64,000 nucleotides of DNA from an uncultured Clavibacter sp. (GCA_937883945.1 CAKZXY010000055.1:9250-73249); one strand, 5' to 3'. Counted from the first letter of the stretch, positions 1 to 10,620 are shown. Notes: generated by a model from the sequence alone, not told the origin. Numbers and translations: made by a program.

Positions 1-351
1 CTCATGACATCAGTTCTTATGTCGCCAGATGGTAGAACTGTTGAGGCAGAGGCGGCTCACGGAACAGTTACTCGCCATTACCGCGATCATCAAGTTGGCA
101 AGCCAACTTCAACAAATCCAATTGCATCAATCTTTGCTTGGACTCAAGGGCTACAACACCGTGCAAAGCTTGATAACACCCCAGAGTTAGCCAAATTTGC
201 CAGCTCACTTGAGAGAGTCTGTATCGAAACTGTTGAGAGTGGGAAGATGACTAAGGATCTTGCGCTCCTAATTAGTAGCGATGCTCCTTGGTTAAATACT
301 CAAGAGTTCCTCGCAGCAATTGATGAGAATCTGCAGAAGGAAATGAAGTAG
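1..351 (+). CDS. icd: NADP-dependent isocitrate dehydrogenase, C-terminal fragment (5' end lies outside the window)
   Basis: The ORF is open to the window edge. The translation ([28 protein letters not shown]...MTKDLALL) matches the conserved C-terminal region of dimeric IDH1/ICD1-type enzymes. Confidence 0.9.
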   Translation, partial: LMTSVLMSPDGRTVEAEAAHGTVTRHYRDHQVGKPTSTNPIASIFAWTQGLQHRAKLDNTPELAKFASSLERVCIETVESGKMTKDLALLISSDAPWLNTQEFLAAIDENLQKEMK

Positions 352-366
352 GAAAAATTAGGAAAT

Positions 367-396
367 AAAAAAGCCCCCGATTATGGGGGCTTTTTT
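367..396. terminator. Bidirectional rho-independent terminator between convergent icd and msiK
   Basis: AAAAAA-GCCCCC-gattat-GGGGGC-TTTTTT: a perfect 6-bp GC stem flanked by an A-run and a T-run, so it can terminate transcripts from both strands. Confidence 0.85.
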
Positions 397-408
397 AATA
401 CGCTTTAA

Positions 409-1491
409 CTACTTAATACGCTTGCCATCTGTGGTGCTAAATAAATGAACAACCTCAGGCTTAGCTGTGACGGTTACTGTCTGTCCTGGCTTTGGAGGGT
501 TTTTTGGATCCCAACGAAGAATTATCTGAGCTCCTTCATCGCTAGCGTTGGCAAACTTCACAGTCGCATCAGCTGGCTTGCCATAAACGAAAGCATCTGC
601 GCCTAACTCTTCAACTACTTCAACTACAACATCAAAGCCCTTGCTTGACGAGGTAAATCCTTCTGGGCGGATACCAACAATGACTGATGCGCCTGCAGAT
701 GATGGAACATCTACATCAAGGCTTCCAAGCTTTGCTTTTCCGCCTGATACAGGAACGGTCAATAGATTCATAGCAGGTGAGCCAATAAAGCCTGCAACGA
801 ATGCATTTGCTGGATTGTCATAGAGATTTCTTGGTGTATCTACCTGCTGCAAGAGTCCATCTTTAAGAACTGCTACGCGATCACCCATTGTCATAGCCTC
901 TACCTGATCATGTGTGACATAGACAGTAGTAATTCCAAGGCGGCGCTGTAGCGCTGCAATCTGGGTACGAGTTGCTACGCGAAGTTTTGCATCTAAGTTT
1001 GAGAGAGGCTCATCCATCAAGAAGACCTGTGGTTCGCGAACAATGGCGCGTCCCATAGCAACTCTCTGACGCTGTCCACCTGATAGAGCCTTTGGCTTAC
1101 GTTCTAGGTATGGCTCAAGATCTAATAGTTTGGCGGCATCTAATACGCGTCGCTCACGTTCTTCTTTTGCAACGCCAGCAATTTTTAGAGCAAAGCCCAT
1201 ATTTTCAGCAACTGTCATATGGGGATAGAGCGCATATGACTGGAAGACCATTGCAATATCGCGGTCTTTAGGAGCGACATTTGTTACTTCGCGATCTCCG
1301 ATATAAATTGCGCCGTTATCAATTTCTTCTAATCCGGCAAGCATTCGAAGTGATGTTGACTTTCCACAACCTGAAGGTCCGACTAAAACCAAAAACTCAC
1401 CGTCGTTAACGGTGAGATTTAATTTATCGACTGCAGGAGCGCTTGTTCCAGGATAGATGCGTGATGCATCTTTAAATACAACTGATGCCAT
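409..1491 (-). CDS. msiK: Sugar ABC transporter ATP-binding protein (MalK/UgpC/MsiK type)
   Basis: Walker [10 protein letters not shown], signature [10 protein letters not shown], Walker B FLMDEPLS, and a C-terminal MalK-like regulatory domain. Start placed at the ATG at 1491 (MASVVFKD), preceded by GGAGAAGGAAGAG; the longer track ORF to 1590 is an unsupported extension. No permease or binding protein is adjacent, as is typical for MsiK. Confidence 0.9.
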   Translation of the reverse strand: MASVVFKDASRIYPGTSAPAVDKLNLTVNDGEFLVLVGPSGCGKSTSLRMLAGLEEIDNGAIYIGDREVTNVAPKDRDIAMVFQSYALYPHMTVAENMGFALKIAGVAKEERERRVLDAAKLLDLEPYLERKPKALSGGQRQRVAMGRAIVREPQVFLMDEPLSNLDAKLRVATRTQIAALQRRLGITTVYVTHDQVEAMTMGDRVAVLKDGLLQQVDTPRNLYDNPANAFVAGFIGSPAMNLLTVPVSGGKAKLGSLDVDVPSSAGASVIVGIRPEGFTSSSKGFDVVVEVVEELGADAFVYGKPADATVKFANASDEGAQIILRWDPKNPPKPGQTVTVTAKPEVVHLFSTTDGKRIK

Positions 1492-1664
1492 TTTCTTTAT
1501 CTCTCTTCCTTCTCCGGGCAGGTACGTGCCCGACGATCCGTTGGATGAAGCAAGTCCACTTTCGTGGCTGGGCGAAGAGTAGCGTTCCACCTGAGCGTGG
1601 GGAAAGGGGTAGCCAGGCGTGATTTAGCCTCCAGAGCCCTCCTTCTTATACCCTTGGGACCCTA
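1492..1664 (-). promoter_or_regulatory. GC-rich structured 5' leader of msiK (candidate msiK RNA motif), plus the divergent promoter region
   Basis: 173 bp spacer, noticeably more GC-rich than its surroundings. On the minus strand it contains CCAC-GAAA-GTGG (a GNRA-type hairpin) and CGGGCA-cgtacc-TGCCCG immediately upstream of the SD. The msiK motif is a known actinobacterial 5'-UTR element found upstream of msiK genes. Confidence 0.4.
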
Positions 1665-2990
1665 ATGGACCCTGGTGGTGCTAACCCTTTTACCCTTCAA
1701 GACCTTGCTCTAGATATCTCGGTCGTAGCCTTCTTTATCGCTCTTGGGGCCCTCTTTGTCGCTGCTGAAATTGCCCTGATCTCACTTAGGGAGGGTCAGT
1801 TAAAGGCCCTAGCTGAAAAGAGTAAGCGCGGGGCAAAGGTTGCCGATCTGGCCTCACACCCGAATCGCTTTCTAGCAGCAGTTCAAGTCGGAGTGACCTT
1901 TAGTGGATTTCTCTCAGCTGCCTTTGGCGCAGATCGCCTAGGAGATTACTTAATTCCTGCACTTGAAGATGCAGGTTTAAGCACTTCAATTAGTGAGACT
2001 ATTTCTTTAGTTGGCTTAACACTTGTAATCGCCTACTTCTCTCTAGTCTTTGGTGAGTTAGTACCAAAGCGCGTAGCGCTTCACTCCAGTGAAAAGATTG
2101 CACTCTTTGTTGTTACTCCGGTATCTGTTACTGCCCGATTATTTCGCCCACTAATCTGGCTACTTTCACATTCCTCTGATTTAGTCTTAAAGTTATTTGG
2201 AATTGATCCTAAAGCATCTCGCGAAGATATCTCTGAGGAAGAGCTAGTGGATCTAGTAACTGGCCATAAAGCACTAAGTGAGGAAGAGCGCGATATTGTT
2301 GAAGAGGTCTTTAATGCAAGTGAGCGTTTAGTTCATGAGGTTATGGTGCCAAGAACTGAAGTTGATTTCCTTGATGCTAATTTACTAGTCAGTGATGCAA
2401 TTCTTATGGCAGTTGAGAAGGCACATTCTAGATATCCAGTGGTGCGGGGAAGCAGCGATGAAGTAATTGGCTTTATCCATGTAAGAGACCTTCTCGATCC
2501 AGAACATTCTGGAAAAGGCACAGCTATTATGAATTTGGTGCGAAGCATCATGTTCTTGCCTGGAACTAAAGGTGTTCTGCCTGCGCTATCTGAAATGCGC
2601 GCTGCTCGTCAGCAAATTGCCATAGTTTTGGATGAATATGGTGGAACTGATGGAATTGTTACTTTAGAGGATCTAGTTGAGACCTTAATCGGTGATATTC
2701 ATGATGAATACGATGACCATGAGGTTGAAGTCTCAAATCAGAGCCGCACCGGGGACTATGAAATAGATGCTCTGATTTCACTTGAGGATTTAGCTGAGCA
2801 GACCGGGATTGAAATCCCAGAGGGTCCCTATGAAACTCTAAGCGGCTATGTGATGCATGAACTGGGAAGAATCCCGCAACTTCATGATGTTATCCATCTA
2901 GCCGGGATGAGGCTGACAGTCTTGAGTTTAGAGGGCAAGCGCGTTGGAACTGTATTGCTCTCAAAATTACATACTCAAGATAAAAATTGA
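1665..2990 (+). CDS. HlyC/CorC (CNNM) family transporter: DUF21 membrane domain, CBS pair and CorC_HlyC domain
   Basis: N-terminal multi-TM region, a central CBS-pair region (VMVPRTEV...YPVV) and a C-terminal CorC/HlyC-type domain; 441 aa. Confidence 0.85.
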   Translation: MDPGGANPFTLQDLALDISVVAFFIALGALFVAAEIALISLREGQLKALAEKSKRGAKVADLASHPNRFLAAVQVGVTFSGFLSAAFGADRLGDYLIPALEDAGLSTSISETISLVGLTLVIAYFSLVFGELVPKRVALHSSEKIALFVVTPVSVTARLFRPLIWLLSHSSDLVLKLFGIDPKASREDISEEELVDLVTGHKALSEEERDIVEEVFNASERLVHEVMVPRTEVDFLDANLLVSDAILMAVEKAHSRYPVVRGSSDEVIGFIHVRDLLDPEHSGKGTAIMNLVRSIMFLPGTKGVLPALSEMRAARQQIAIVLDEYGGTDGIVTLEDLVETLIGDIHDEYDDHEVEVSNQSRTGDYEIDALISLEDLAEQTGIEIPEGPYETLSGYVMHELGRIPQLHDVIHLAGMRLTVLSLEGKRVGTVLLSKLHTQDKN

Positions 2991-3002
2991 GAAGATAGGG
3001 CC

Positions 3003-4013
3003 ATGAAGCGCGTCCTATCTGGGATTCAACCCACAGCAGATTCTTTCCATCTTGGTAATTACTTAGGTGCGGTAAAGCAATGGGTGGAATTGCAGAGCGA
3101 CCATGATGCTTTCTATTGTGTTGTAGATCTTCATGCTCTAACGGTTGAAACAGATCCGCAAGTCTTAAGGAAGCGAACGCTTCTTGCAGCAGCCCAATTA
3201 ATTGCTCTTGGCCTTGATCCTGATAAGTGCACGCTATTTATTCAATCGCATGTGCCAGAACATAACCAGCTGGGCTGGGTCCTTGAATGTATGGCTGGAT
3301 TTGGCGAAGCAAATCGTATGACGCAATTCAAAGATAAGTCGCAGAAGAGTGGGGCGGATAGAACCGTTGTTGGGCTATTTACCTATCCGATTCTGCAGGC
3401 AGCTGACATCATGCTTTATCAAGCAAATAGAGTTCCAGTTGGCGAAGATCAGAGACAACATATTGAATTAACTCGCGATCTGGGTCAGAGATTTAATTCA
3501 AGATATGGGCAGACTTTCACTATTCCTGAGGCTCATATCATTAAGTCTGCAGCGAAGATTAATGATCTCCAAGATCCAAATGCCAAGATGAGTAAATCAT
3601 CAGCATCAAACTCCGGAGTAATCGATATATTGGATTCAGCAGAAGTTAATGTGAAGAAAATAAAGAGCGCAGTAACTGATACTGGTAAAGAGGTAAAATT
3701 TGATGAGAAGGAAAAGCCTGGTATATCAAACTTGTTAACGATCCATTCTGCCCTTAGCAATCGAGCTATATCTGATATTGAAAGTGAATTTGCTGGAAAA
3801 GGTTATGGCGACTTTAAGTCCGCTGTAGCTGAGGTGGTCACCTCATACTTTGCCCCAGTTAAAAAGCGCACCGAAGAGCTCTTATCCGATGAAGCTCATC
3901 TATTAAAGATCTTGGAACAGGGAAGGCAGAAGGCTAGAGCTGTTGCTGCAGAGACTTTAGCGAAGACATATTCAGCTCTGGGATTGGTGCCAAGCTCTTT
4001 TAAGGATAAGTAA
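3003..4013 (+). CDS. trpS: Tryptophan--tRNA ligase
   Basis: Class I aaRS motifs: HIGH-like FHLGNY and KMSKS. Length of 336 aa and overall sequence pattern are typical of TrpRS. Confidence 0.95.
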   Translation: MKRVLSGIQPTADSFHLGNYLGAVKQWVELQSDHDAFYCVVDLHALTVETDPQVLRKRTLLAAAQLIALGLDPDKCTLFIQSHVPEHNQLGWVLECMAGFGEANRMTQFKDKSQKSGADRTVVGLFTYPILQAADIMLYQANRVPVGEDQRQHIELTRDLGQRFNSRYGQTFTIPEAHIIKSAAKINDLQDPNAKMSKSSASNSGVIDILDSAEVNVKKIKSAVTDTGKEVKFDEKEKPGISNLLTIHSALSNRAISDIESEFAGKGYGDFKSAVAEVVTSYFAPVKKRTEELLSDEAHLLKILEQGRQKARAVAAETLAKTYSALGLVPSSFKDK

Positions 4014-4016
4014 GTC

Positions 4017-4973
4017 ATGAAAATTAAGGCGCTTGCGATAGCGCTTGCTATTTCATTGTTTTCGCCATCAACGCCAGCAATTGCAGCAGAGCCAAAAGTT
4101 GCTATCGCCTATGACATTGGATTTCTTGGAGATAACTCCTTCAATGACGCAGTTCATCTAGCGCTTAAAGCTGCGAAGAAAAAGTATGGATTAGTCGAGC
4201 CATTTGTTCGCGAGGTGCCAACAAATGGAACTGCAGTAGATCGCCTCACTCGGCTACGCTTTCTGGCAAAGAGTGGCTACACCTTGATAATTGCAGTAGG
4301 TCCTGGATATAGACAGACAGTAGCTCGGGTTTCACAGGAATATACCGAGACTCAATTTGCAATTGTTAATGACAGATCTATTGCACAATTGAATGTTTCA
4401 AATATCTATTTTAGAGAGGATGATGGCGCTTATCTTGCAGGGGTAGCAGCGGCTAATCTTTCAAAGCGTAAATCAATTGCATTTATTGGAAGTGAAGCTG
4501 AGTTACTTGAAAGCTTCACAAAAGGAGCAAGAGCCAATTTTCCAAAGGTAAAGATAAAGAATATCTCCTATCCAGATTCTGCTGAGTCGCTACGCGCTCA
4601 ATTAAGCAGTGTTGATATTGCTTATTCAACTTGGGATGGAGACCCTTCAGTTATAGCTGTAATCAATGAAAGCTTTGCTGGGAAGGTTAGATTGATATTA
4701 GAGACCCCAGATCAATACTTTGCTCAAATCTCACAGACAAAGTCACTTGTTGTGGCAACGGTTTCAAAGCAGATGTCTAAACCTATTTCGCAATTGGTTT
4801 CAGCAGCTCTTGAATCACGGGCTATTATTGATGTAATTGATGAAGTTGAAGGTATTTATGGCCGGGAATATAACGCCGCCAATGGGGGAGTGGGTATCAT
4901 CTTTAACATTGCAGTAAATAGCTCTTTAAAGAGTCAAATCAAGCAAGCTCTTCTTAAACTGAAACAGGGATAA
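4017..4973 (+). CDS. BMP-family (Med/PnrA-like) substrate-binding protein, orphan paralog
   Basis: Signal peptide (AIA/AEP) followed by KVAIAYDIGFLGDNSFNDA, typical of the BMP/basic membrane protein family. No adjacent permease genes and no lipobox cysteine. Confidence 0.7.
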   Translation: MKIKALAIALAISLFSPSTPAIAAEPKVAIAYDIGFLGDNSFNDAVHLALKAAKKKYGLVEPFVREVPTNGTAVDRLTRLRFLAKSGYTLIIAVGPGYRQTVARVSQEYTETQFAIVNDRSIAQLNVSNIYFREDDGAYLAGVAAANLSKRKSIAFIGSEAELLESFTKGARANFPKVKIKNISYPDSAESLRAQLSSVDIAYSTWDGDPSVIAVINESFAGKVRLILETPDQYFAQISQTKSLVVATVSKQMSKPISQLVSAALESRAIIDVIDEVEGIYGREYNAANGGVGIIFNIAVNSSLKSQIKQALLKLKQG

Positions 4974-5660
4974 CTACCAGCCGGGATGGGCGCTCTTGCC
5001 GCCATCAAAATCAATAATGCTTCCAGAGGCAAAATTAAAAGTCTCACCAGTTATTGCAAGTGCTAGATTGGCAACTTCTTCAGCGCTTCCAATTCGCCCT
5101 GCTGGAACTGTATTAGTCCAAGAGGAGAAGCCCTCTGGCCACCTACTTTCTAAATTGCTATCTCCAATAAGACCTAATCTAATTCCATTAATTCGCATAG
5201 GCGCTAGAGAAAGAGCAAGTGATCGCGTAACTGACTCTAAAGCTGACTTTGAAGCGCCATATATTTCATGACCTGATTTAGCGTTTAGAGCTTCAATAGA
5301 TGAAATATTGATAGCTAATGTAGCTCCTTTGGATTTAGCGGCAAGAATTATCTCAATAGGAGATAGTAGATTTATCTGAAATATCTCTTGTGCTTTACTT
5401 GATGAATAATTCTTAAGATCAAGGACTGATTGATCGGCCGCATTATTTATTATGCAGTCTATTGCGCCAACTTGCTCAACTAATTCAGTGCCGCTTGAAG
5501 TTTTCGAAAGATCCTTCTTAATAACCTCAATGCCATCGGCGCCTTTAGAGTGATTTACCTGACCAACCACTCTCCAACCGGCAGCGAGAAAAGTTTTGCA
5601 AAGCGCGCTTCCAATTAGCCCACCAGCTCCGGTTATGAGAATTGACTTCTGCTTACTCAT
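4974..5660 (-). CDS. Short-chain dehydrogenase/reductase (SDR)
   Basis: TGAGGLIGSA Rossmann motif and YGASK catalytic motif. Start chosen at the ATG at 5660 (MSKQKSILITG), which overlaps the stop of the upstream cupin gene by 8 nt. Confidence 0.85.
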   Translation of the reverse strand: MSKQKSILITGAGGLIGSALCKTFLAAGWRVVGQVNHSKGADGIEVIKKDLSKTSSGTELVEQVGAIDCIINNAADQSVLDLKNYSSSKAQEIFQINLLSPIEIILAAKSKGATLAINISSIEALNAKSGHEIYGASKSALESVTRSLALSLAPMRINGIRLGLIGDSNLESRWPEGFSSWTNTVPAGRIGSAEEVANLALAITGETFNFASGSIIDFDGGKSAHPGW

Positions 5661-6078
5661 GAAATAGCTCCGGTAGGTTGGCAATGTTTGGGAATTGGGA
5701 GAGTAACTCATCTCTGCCTATTAATTCCATAGTTGAAAAGGCAGGAGCTAGAAAGCAGCTCAGAAGTGAGTAAGACCCTAAAGACTCTGCTGCCATCCAG
5801 GTATTAGCTGGTACTTGGTAGGCAAGAGTTTTCCCTTCTTGATCGAGTTGATTACTGACTAGTTGACCATTTTCAATAGTGTGAAGGAGAAGAGGATCGC
5901 CAGATAAATGAAGCCAGAGCTCGGCCTGGGGCAGGCGATGCCAGGCTGAGAAATCGGGGGAGACCACCATAAAATAAATTGCATTGCTTAATTCATCTCG
6001 ATAAATTGTTGAAAATAAACCACCTTCACCTTCAAGGGGCTGCAGATCAAGTTTTGCTATCAATTCATCCTTGTTCAT
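5653..6078 (-). CDS. Cupin-fold protein (DUF985/YML079w-like)
   Basis: 141 aa. The pattern LQPLEGEGGLF...WHRL...ELWLHLSGDPL resembles the DUF985 cupin family. It overlaps both neighbouring genes, indicating operon membership. Confidence 0.6.
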   Translation of the reverse strand: MNKDELIAKLDLQPLEGEGGLFSTIYRDELSNAIYFMVVSPDFSAWHRLPQAELWLHLSGDPLLLHTIENGQLVSNQLDQEGKTLAYQVPANTWMAAESLGSYSLLSCFLAPAFSTMELIGRDELLSQFPNIANLPELFHE

Positions 6079-7387
6079 TAAATTCCTTGCGCAGGGTCTG
6101 AACTACAACGTCTACTTCCTTAGATAATTGGGAGAAATCAATCAAGGTCGATGATCCATTTGCTATTACATGTTTCCCATCGACCCAGACATCACTTACA
6201 TCGCCGCGACCTGCAGCAAAGACCAGCTGAGCAAATACGTCATGAAGCGGAATCAGATGGGCCTTATTTAGATCTATTGAGATTAGATCTGCACTTTTAC
6301 CTACTTCGATACTTCCAATTGAACTCTCAAGTCCTAGAGCTTTTGCTGCTTCAATTGTTGCCATACGAAATATCGTACTTGCCCTTAAATTTTCTGGGCC
6401 ATTACTCTGGGCATATAAGTTGGCAGCCACTCGCATAACTGCCCACATATCTAGATCATTACTTGATGAGCAACCATCGGTACCAAGTGCTACAGATAAA
6501 TTCCTGCTCTGATATTTCTTAATATCAGCAATCCCACTTCCCAATTTGAGATTACTTCCAGGGCAATGAGCAACTGCAGCGCCGGCCTCAACTAGTAATT
6601 TAATATCTTCATCTGTTAGGTGAACACCGTGGCCTAATAAAGTATGAGATTCTAAGATTCCACTCTCATTTAACATTGCAGTTGGAGTCTTGCCAAAACG
6701 TTTGGCAATATCATCATTTTCGCCAAGGTTTTCAGAGATATGAATACTTATCGAAGCTCCCATCTGCTTTGCTAGCTTGCCAATTTCAACTAGGTGATCT
6801 GGCGAGACGGTGTAGGTTGAATGGGGCATTAGATAGGTAGGAACATCTGGCCCGCCAACATCTTGCAGTACTTGCCCCCACTTCTTTGCTATCTCAAATC
6901 GATCTTCCCAATTAAGCCCATCAAGGCCAGTGAAATCAAAGAAAAGAGGGCCAGTTATATGTCGAATTCCAGTACTTGCCGCTCCTTTATGAGCTGCATC
7001 TGGATAGAGATACATATCAAGGGTTGTTGTAGTTCCTGCAAGTAAAGATTCCAGCGCGCCAAGTTGAGTGCCCAGAGCAACATTTTTTGGATTCATAATC
7101 AATCCCTCTGCTGCCCAGACTCTTTCTAGAAATCCTTGAAGATTTACTCCCTCTGCCCAGCCGCGCAGTAGTGACATTGCTAGGTGGGTATGGGTATTGA
7201 TTAATCCTGGCGCAATTAACTTACCTTTAGCATCATAGGTCTTAGCACCTTTTAAAGTTCCTGCGCTCGCAATTGCAACAATTTTCTTATCTTTAATTGC
7301 GATAGCGCAATCTTTTAGAACTCGATTTTTGCTATCAGATGTGACAATGTAGGTTGCATTATCAATTACTAAATCAAAATCACTCAC
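6065..7387 (-). CDS. mtaD: Amidohydrolase, MtaD/TRZ-ATZ family (candidate 5'-methylthioadenosine / 5'-deoxyadenosine / SAH deaminase)
   Basis: Metal-binding GLINTHTHLAMSLLRG motif, plus HGVHL and GTDG motifs of nucleoside/nucleobase deaminases in the amidohydrolase superfamily. GTG start overlaps the stop of the upstream phosphorylase gene (GTGA). Confidence 0.65.
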   Translation of the reverse strand: MSDFDLVIDNATYIVTSDSKNRVLKDCAIAIKDKKIVAIASAGTLKGAKTYDAKGKLIAPGLINTHTHLAMSLLRGWAEGVNLQGFLERVWAAEGLIMNPKNVALGTQLGALESLLAGTTTTLDMYLYPDAAHKGAASTGIRHITGPLFFDFTGLDGLNWEDRFEIAKKWGQVLQDVGGPDVPTYLMPHSTYTVSPDHLVEIGKLAKQMGASISIHISENLGENDDIAKRFGKTPTAMLNESGILESHTLLGHGVHLTDEDIKLLVEAGAAVAHCPGSNLKLGSGIADIKKYQSRNLSVALGTDGCSSSNDLDMWAVMRVAANLYAQSNGPENLRASTIFRMATIEAAKALGLESSIGSIEVGKSADLISIDLNKAHLIPLHDVFAQLVFAAGRGDVSDVWVDGKHVIANGSSTLIDFSQLSKEVDVVVQTLRKEFNEQG

Positions 7388-8130
7388 TTTGAAGCCAAAG
7401 CCTTTAGCGCGCCTTCAATAACCGTTAAAGCTTTCGACTTACCCATATCGAGGGCCTTATTTATCTCATCCATGGTTATCTCAGCCTCACTTAATCCTGC
7501 GGCAGGATTAACAACTAGCGCGATGCTGGCATAAGCAATACCAAGCTCTCTTGCCAAACTCACTTCAGGGCATCCCGTCATACCAACTACTGTTGCGCCA
7601 GCAAGTGCTGCTAGTCGAATCTCTGAAGGGGTTTCAAATCTAGGTCCGTTAAAGCCGGCATAGACTCCATTTTCATGAAGCAAAATTCCTGACTCCTTAG
7701 CGCTTTGACGAAGTGCGCTCTGTATTTTTGCATCATATGCGCGCGTGAGATCAACATGTTGAACTCCAGGCTTTGAACCATCTGAGAAGGTGTGCTGCCT
7801 ACCAGAGGTGAAGTCAATAAAGTCATCGATTAAGCAAAGATCTCCGGGAGATAGTTTTGGATTGATTCCTCCAACTACATTAATTGCAATTATCTCGGTA
7901 ACACCTAACTCACTCATAGCCTTGATATTGGCTCGATAATTGATCAGATGAGGCGGAATGCTATGGCCACTTCCATGACGGGTTAGAAATACTAGATTTA
8001 CACCGCTTAATTGCCCGCTAATAACTGAAGCATTTCCATATGCCGTATCTATCTCTTTAGAAAGACCATCTTTTAAAGCAGGTAGGTCATAAAAACCAGT
8101 GCCTGCAATTAATCCAATCGTCTTTGGCAT
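7384..8130 (-). CDS. mtnP: S-methyl-5'-thioadenosine (or methylthioinosine) phosphorylase, MTAP/PNP family
   Basis: LTRHGSGHSIPPHLINYRANIKAM and NVVGGINP motifs of the trimeric MTAP family; 248 aa. Confidence 0.8.
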   Translation of the reverse strand: MPKTIGLIAGTGFYDLPALKDGLSKEIDTAYGNASVISGQLSGVNLVFLTRHGSGHSIPPHLINYRANIKAMSELGVTEIIAINVVGGINPKLSPGDLCLIDDFIDFTSGRQHTFSDGSKPGVQHVDLTRAYDAKIQSALRQSAKESGILLHENGVYAGFNGPRFETPSEIRLAALAGATVVGMTGCPEVSLARELGIAYASIALVVNPAAGLSEAEITMDEINKALDMGKSKALTVIEGALKALASK

Positions 8131-8134
8131 CGAA

Positions 8135-9643
8135 TCAGGATGCCAGGCCAGCCATCAAACGGCCGATGGTATTTCTATCCGCCTCTTTAGAACTAAATAT
8201 GGCAACAATCTTGCCATTAGAGATGACTGCAATTCTGTCAGCAAGAGAGAGGATTTCATCAAGCTCTGCAGAGACTAAGAGAACAGCTGCCCCAGCGTCG
8301 CGAGCAGCAATCAATTGGTTATGAATAAACTCAATTGATCCCACATCAACGCCTCTAGTTGGTTGAGCGGCAACAACTACATCTAGCTGTTGACTTAACT
8401 CTCTTGCAACAACAACTTTCTGTTTATTTCCACCAGAAAGTGAGCCGGCAGAGAGGGAAGCATTCGGAGCCCTGATATCAAATTTCTCAACGAGGGCTTC
8501 GCCATTGTTTGCAACTTCCTCTAAACTTCTAAGCCAACCGTTAGCAAATGGTGCTTGGTCAAATCTATTTAAGACTAAATTATCAGCGATGGAGTAAGAA
8601 GTTACTAATCCATGCTTCTCACGATCTTCAGGAATATGAGAAACGCCTGCTAGATGCGCAGCCCGCGGATTTAAGTTCGGAATTGCTTTGCCTTTAACAA
8701 TTACCTCACCGCTTAAGCGAGAGCGCATACTGCAAATTGCTTCAACTAATTCTCGCTGGCCATTTCCTTCAACGCCTGCAATACCAAGAATTTCTCCAGC
8801 ATGAACTTCTAGGGATACATCCCTAACAGATTCGAGCTTTCTATCATCATTGACTCGTAGATTCTTTATCGAAAGAAGGACCTCTTTAGGCTTTGCGACG
8901 CTCTTTTCAACGCGAAGAACGACCTCACGGCCCACCATCATCTGGGCAAGTTTTGATTCACTACTCTCCTTAGGAGTAGTAGTGCCCATTAGCTTCCCAC
9001 CACGAAGAACAGCAATTCGATCAGCAACTGCCATAACCTCACGGAGCTTATGGGTAATAAATAGAATTCCAACCCCGCGCTTGGCAAGATTTCGCAAAAC
9101 TTCAAGGAGTTCATCAGTTTCCTGAGGAGTTAATACCGCTGTTGGTTCATCAAGAATTAGTAACTTAACATCGCGTCTGAGGGCTTTAAGAATTTCAACT
9201 CTTTGGGCCATTCCGACTGGAAGATCTTCGATAATGGCATCAGGATCAACTTCAAGACCATATTTCTCTGAAAGAGCCAGAGCTTCTTTTTTTGCCCGCT
9301 TGATATTTACCACACCGAATCGCTTTGGTTCATCTCCTAGAATCAAGTTCTCTGTAACGCTCATAACTGGAACTAATTGAAAATGCTGGTGAACCATTCC
9401 TACCCCACTAGCAATTGCTGCAGCGGTATCACCACTTTCCATCACGGTGCCATTAATTTTTATAGTGCCAGCATCTGGCCTAACCAGACCAAATACCGCT
9501 TTAACTAGCGTTGACTTGCCAGCGCCATTCTCACCAAGGAGAGCAAGAATCTCTCCTTCTTTCACTGTTAGTGAAATATCTTCATTGGCAACAACACTGC
9601 CAAAGCTCTTGCTGATGCCCTCAATTTCTAGAAGAGTCTTCAT
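8135..9643 (-). CDS. ABC transporter ATP-binding protein with duplicated ATPase domains (BMP/nucleoside-type importer)
   Basis: First domain has GENGAGKST and DEPTAVL. Second domain has a degenerate P-loop (GVEGNGQRE) and LSGGNKQKV, the RbsA/NupA-like architecture. Confidence 0.9.
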   Translation of the reverse strand: MKTLLEIEGISKSFGSVVANEDISLTVKEGEILALLGENGAGKSTLVKAVFGLVRPDAGTIKINGTVMESGDTAAAIASGVGMVHQHFQLVPVMSVTENLILGDEPKRFGVVNIKRAKKEALALSEKYGLEVDPDAIIEDLPVGMAQRVEILKALRRDVKLLILDEPTAVLTPQETDELLEVLRNLAKRGVGILFITHKLREVMAVADRIAVLRGGKLMGTTTPKESSESKLAQMMVGREVVLRVEKSVAKPKEVLLSIKNLRVNDDRKLESVRDVSLEVHAGEILGIAGVEGNGQRELVEAICSMRSRLSGEVIVKGKAIPNLNPRAAHLAGVSHIPEDREKHGLVTSYSIADNLVLNRFDQAPFANGWLRSLEEVANNGEALVEKFDIRAPNASLSAGSLSGGNKQKVVVARELSQQLDVVVAAQPTRGVDVGSIEFIHNQLIAARDAGAAVLLVSAELDEILSLADRIAVISNGKIVAIFSSKEADRNTIGRLMAGLAS

Positions 9644-10620
9644 GACTTTTCCTTCTCATAAGGAATACCCTCAGCAGCTGGTGGACGCACTTTTCCAGCC
9701 GAGATTGCTAGAACAACAATTGTCAAAATATATGGAAGCATGTTTATGAATTGGGGAGGAATCTCTACTACTTCATCAATCATTAACTGATTCGTGACAG
9801 CTTGGGTTAATCCGAAAAATAGCGCAGCAGCAAGTGCGCCAAGTGGATTCCATCTACCAAAGATCATGATGGCAAGAGCGGTAAAGCCCTTTCCTGCAGT
9901 AAATCCTCGCTCGAATATTCCAACTGCCTCAAGAGCCAGGTATGAGCCAGCAAGTCCACCAACAGCTCCTGCAGCAGTGACATTTAAATAGCGAAGTCTT
10001 GTTACTGAAACTCCTGCAGTATCAGCACTTGATGGATGCTCACCAACTGCTCTTGAGCGCAGACCCCAAGAAGTTTTATAGAGCGCAAACCAGAGACCTA
10101 AAATAAAGAAGATTCCAAAGTAGGTAATTGGGCCGTGGAAAGATAGAACTGGACCAAGGATAGGCCAGGCTCCAATTACTGGAAGGTCAATTGGATCAAG
10201 AGTTGAGGGGATTGAATAATTTTGGCGATAGTAAAAGGAAGTTATACCTGCAGCCAAAATATTTAGGATAACTCCAGCAATGATCTGATCCATTTTCCAA
10301 TTAACTGCCATTAGAGCTAATAGCAGCCCCATCATCGCGCCAGTAAATACCCCGACTAGCATTCCTTGAACTGTATTTTTCAAAATAGCTCCAGCAAAGA
10401 AGGCAGTGAAGGCTGAGATCAGCATCGTTCCTTCGATACCTATATTTACAACTCCAGTCCGCTCACACATAACTCCAACCATTGCGGCAAGTGCTAAGGG
10501 AAGTGCGAATTGAATGGCGGTGTATAGAACAGAGGTAGCTACTAATCCATCCTTACTAAAGAAATAAGTGAAGGCTGCAAGGAATGCAATGATTAAATAA
10601 TGGCTAGTGCGTAGTTTCAT
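9640..10620 (-). CDS. ABC transporter permease (nucleoside/BMP-type importer)
   Basis: Polytopic membrane protein. The ATG at 10620 forms an ATGA overlap with the upstream permease stop; the track start at 10632 is a TTG. Confidence 0.85.
   Translation of the reverse strand: MKLRTSHYLIIAFLAAFTYFFSKDGLVATSVLYTAIQFALPLALAAMVGVMCERTGVVNIGIEGTMLISAFTAFFAGAILKNTVQGMLVGVFTGAMMGLLLALMAVNWKMDQIIAGVILNILAAGITSFYYRQNYSIPSTLDPIDLPVIGAWPILGPVLSFHGPITYFGIFFILGLWFALYKTSWGLRSRAVGEHPSSADTAGVSVTRLRYLNVTAAGAVGGLAGSYLALEAVGIFERGFTAGKGFTALAIMIFGRWNPLGALAAALFFGLTQAVTNQLMIDEVVEIPPQFINMLPYILTIVVLAISAGKVRPPAAEGIPYEKEKS

Noticed and set aside
1492-1590. N-terminal 33-codon extension of the msiK ORF
   Set aside because: ABC ATPase homology begins at MASVVFKD (ATG at 1491, with a strong SD). 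The extension is Ser/Gly-rich and falls in the GC-rich leader.
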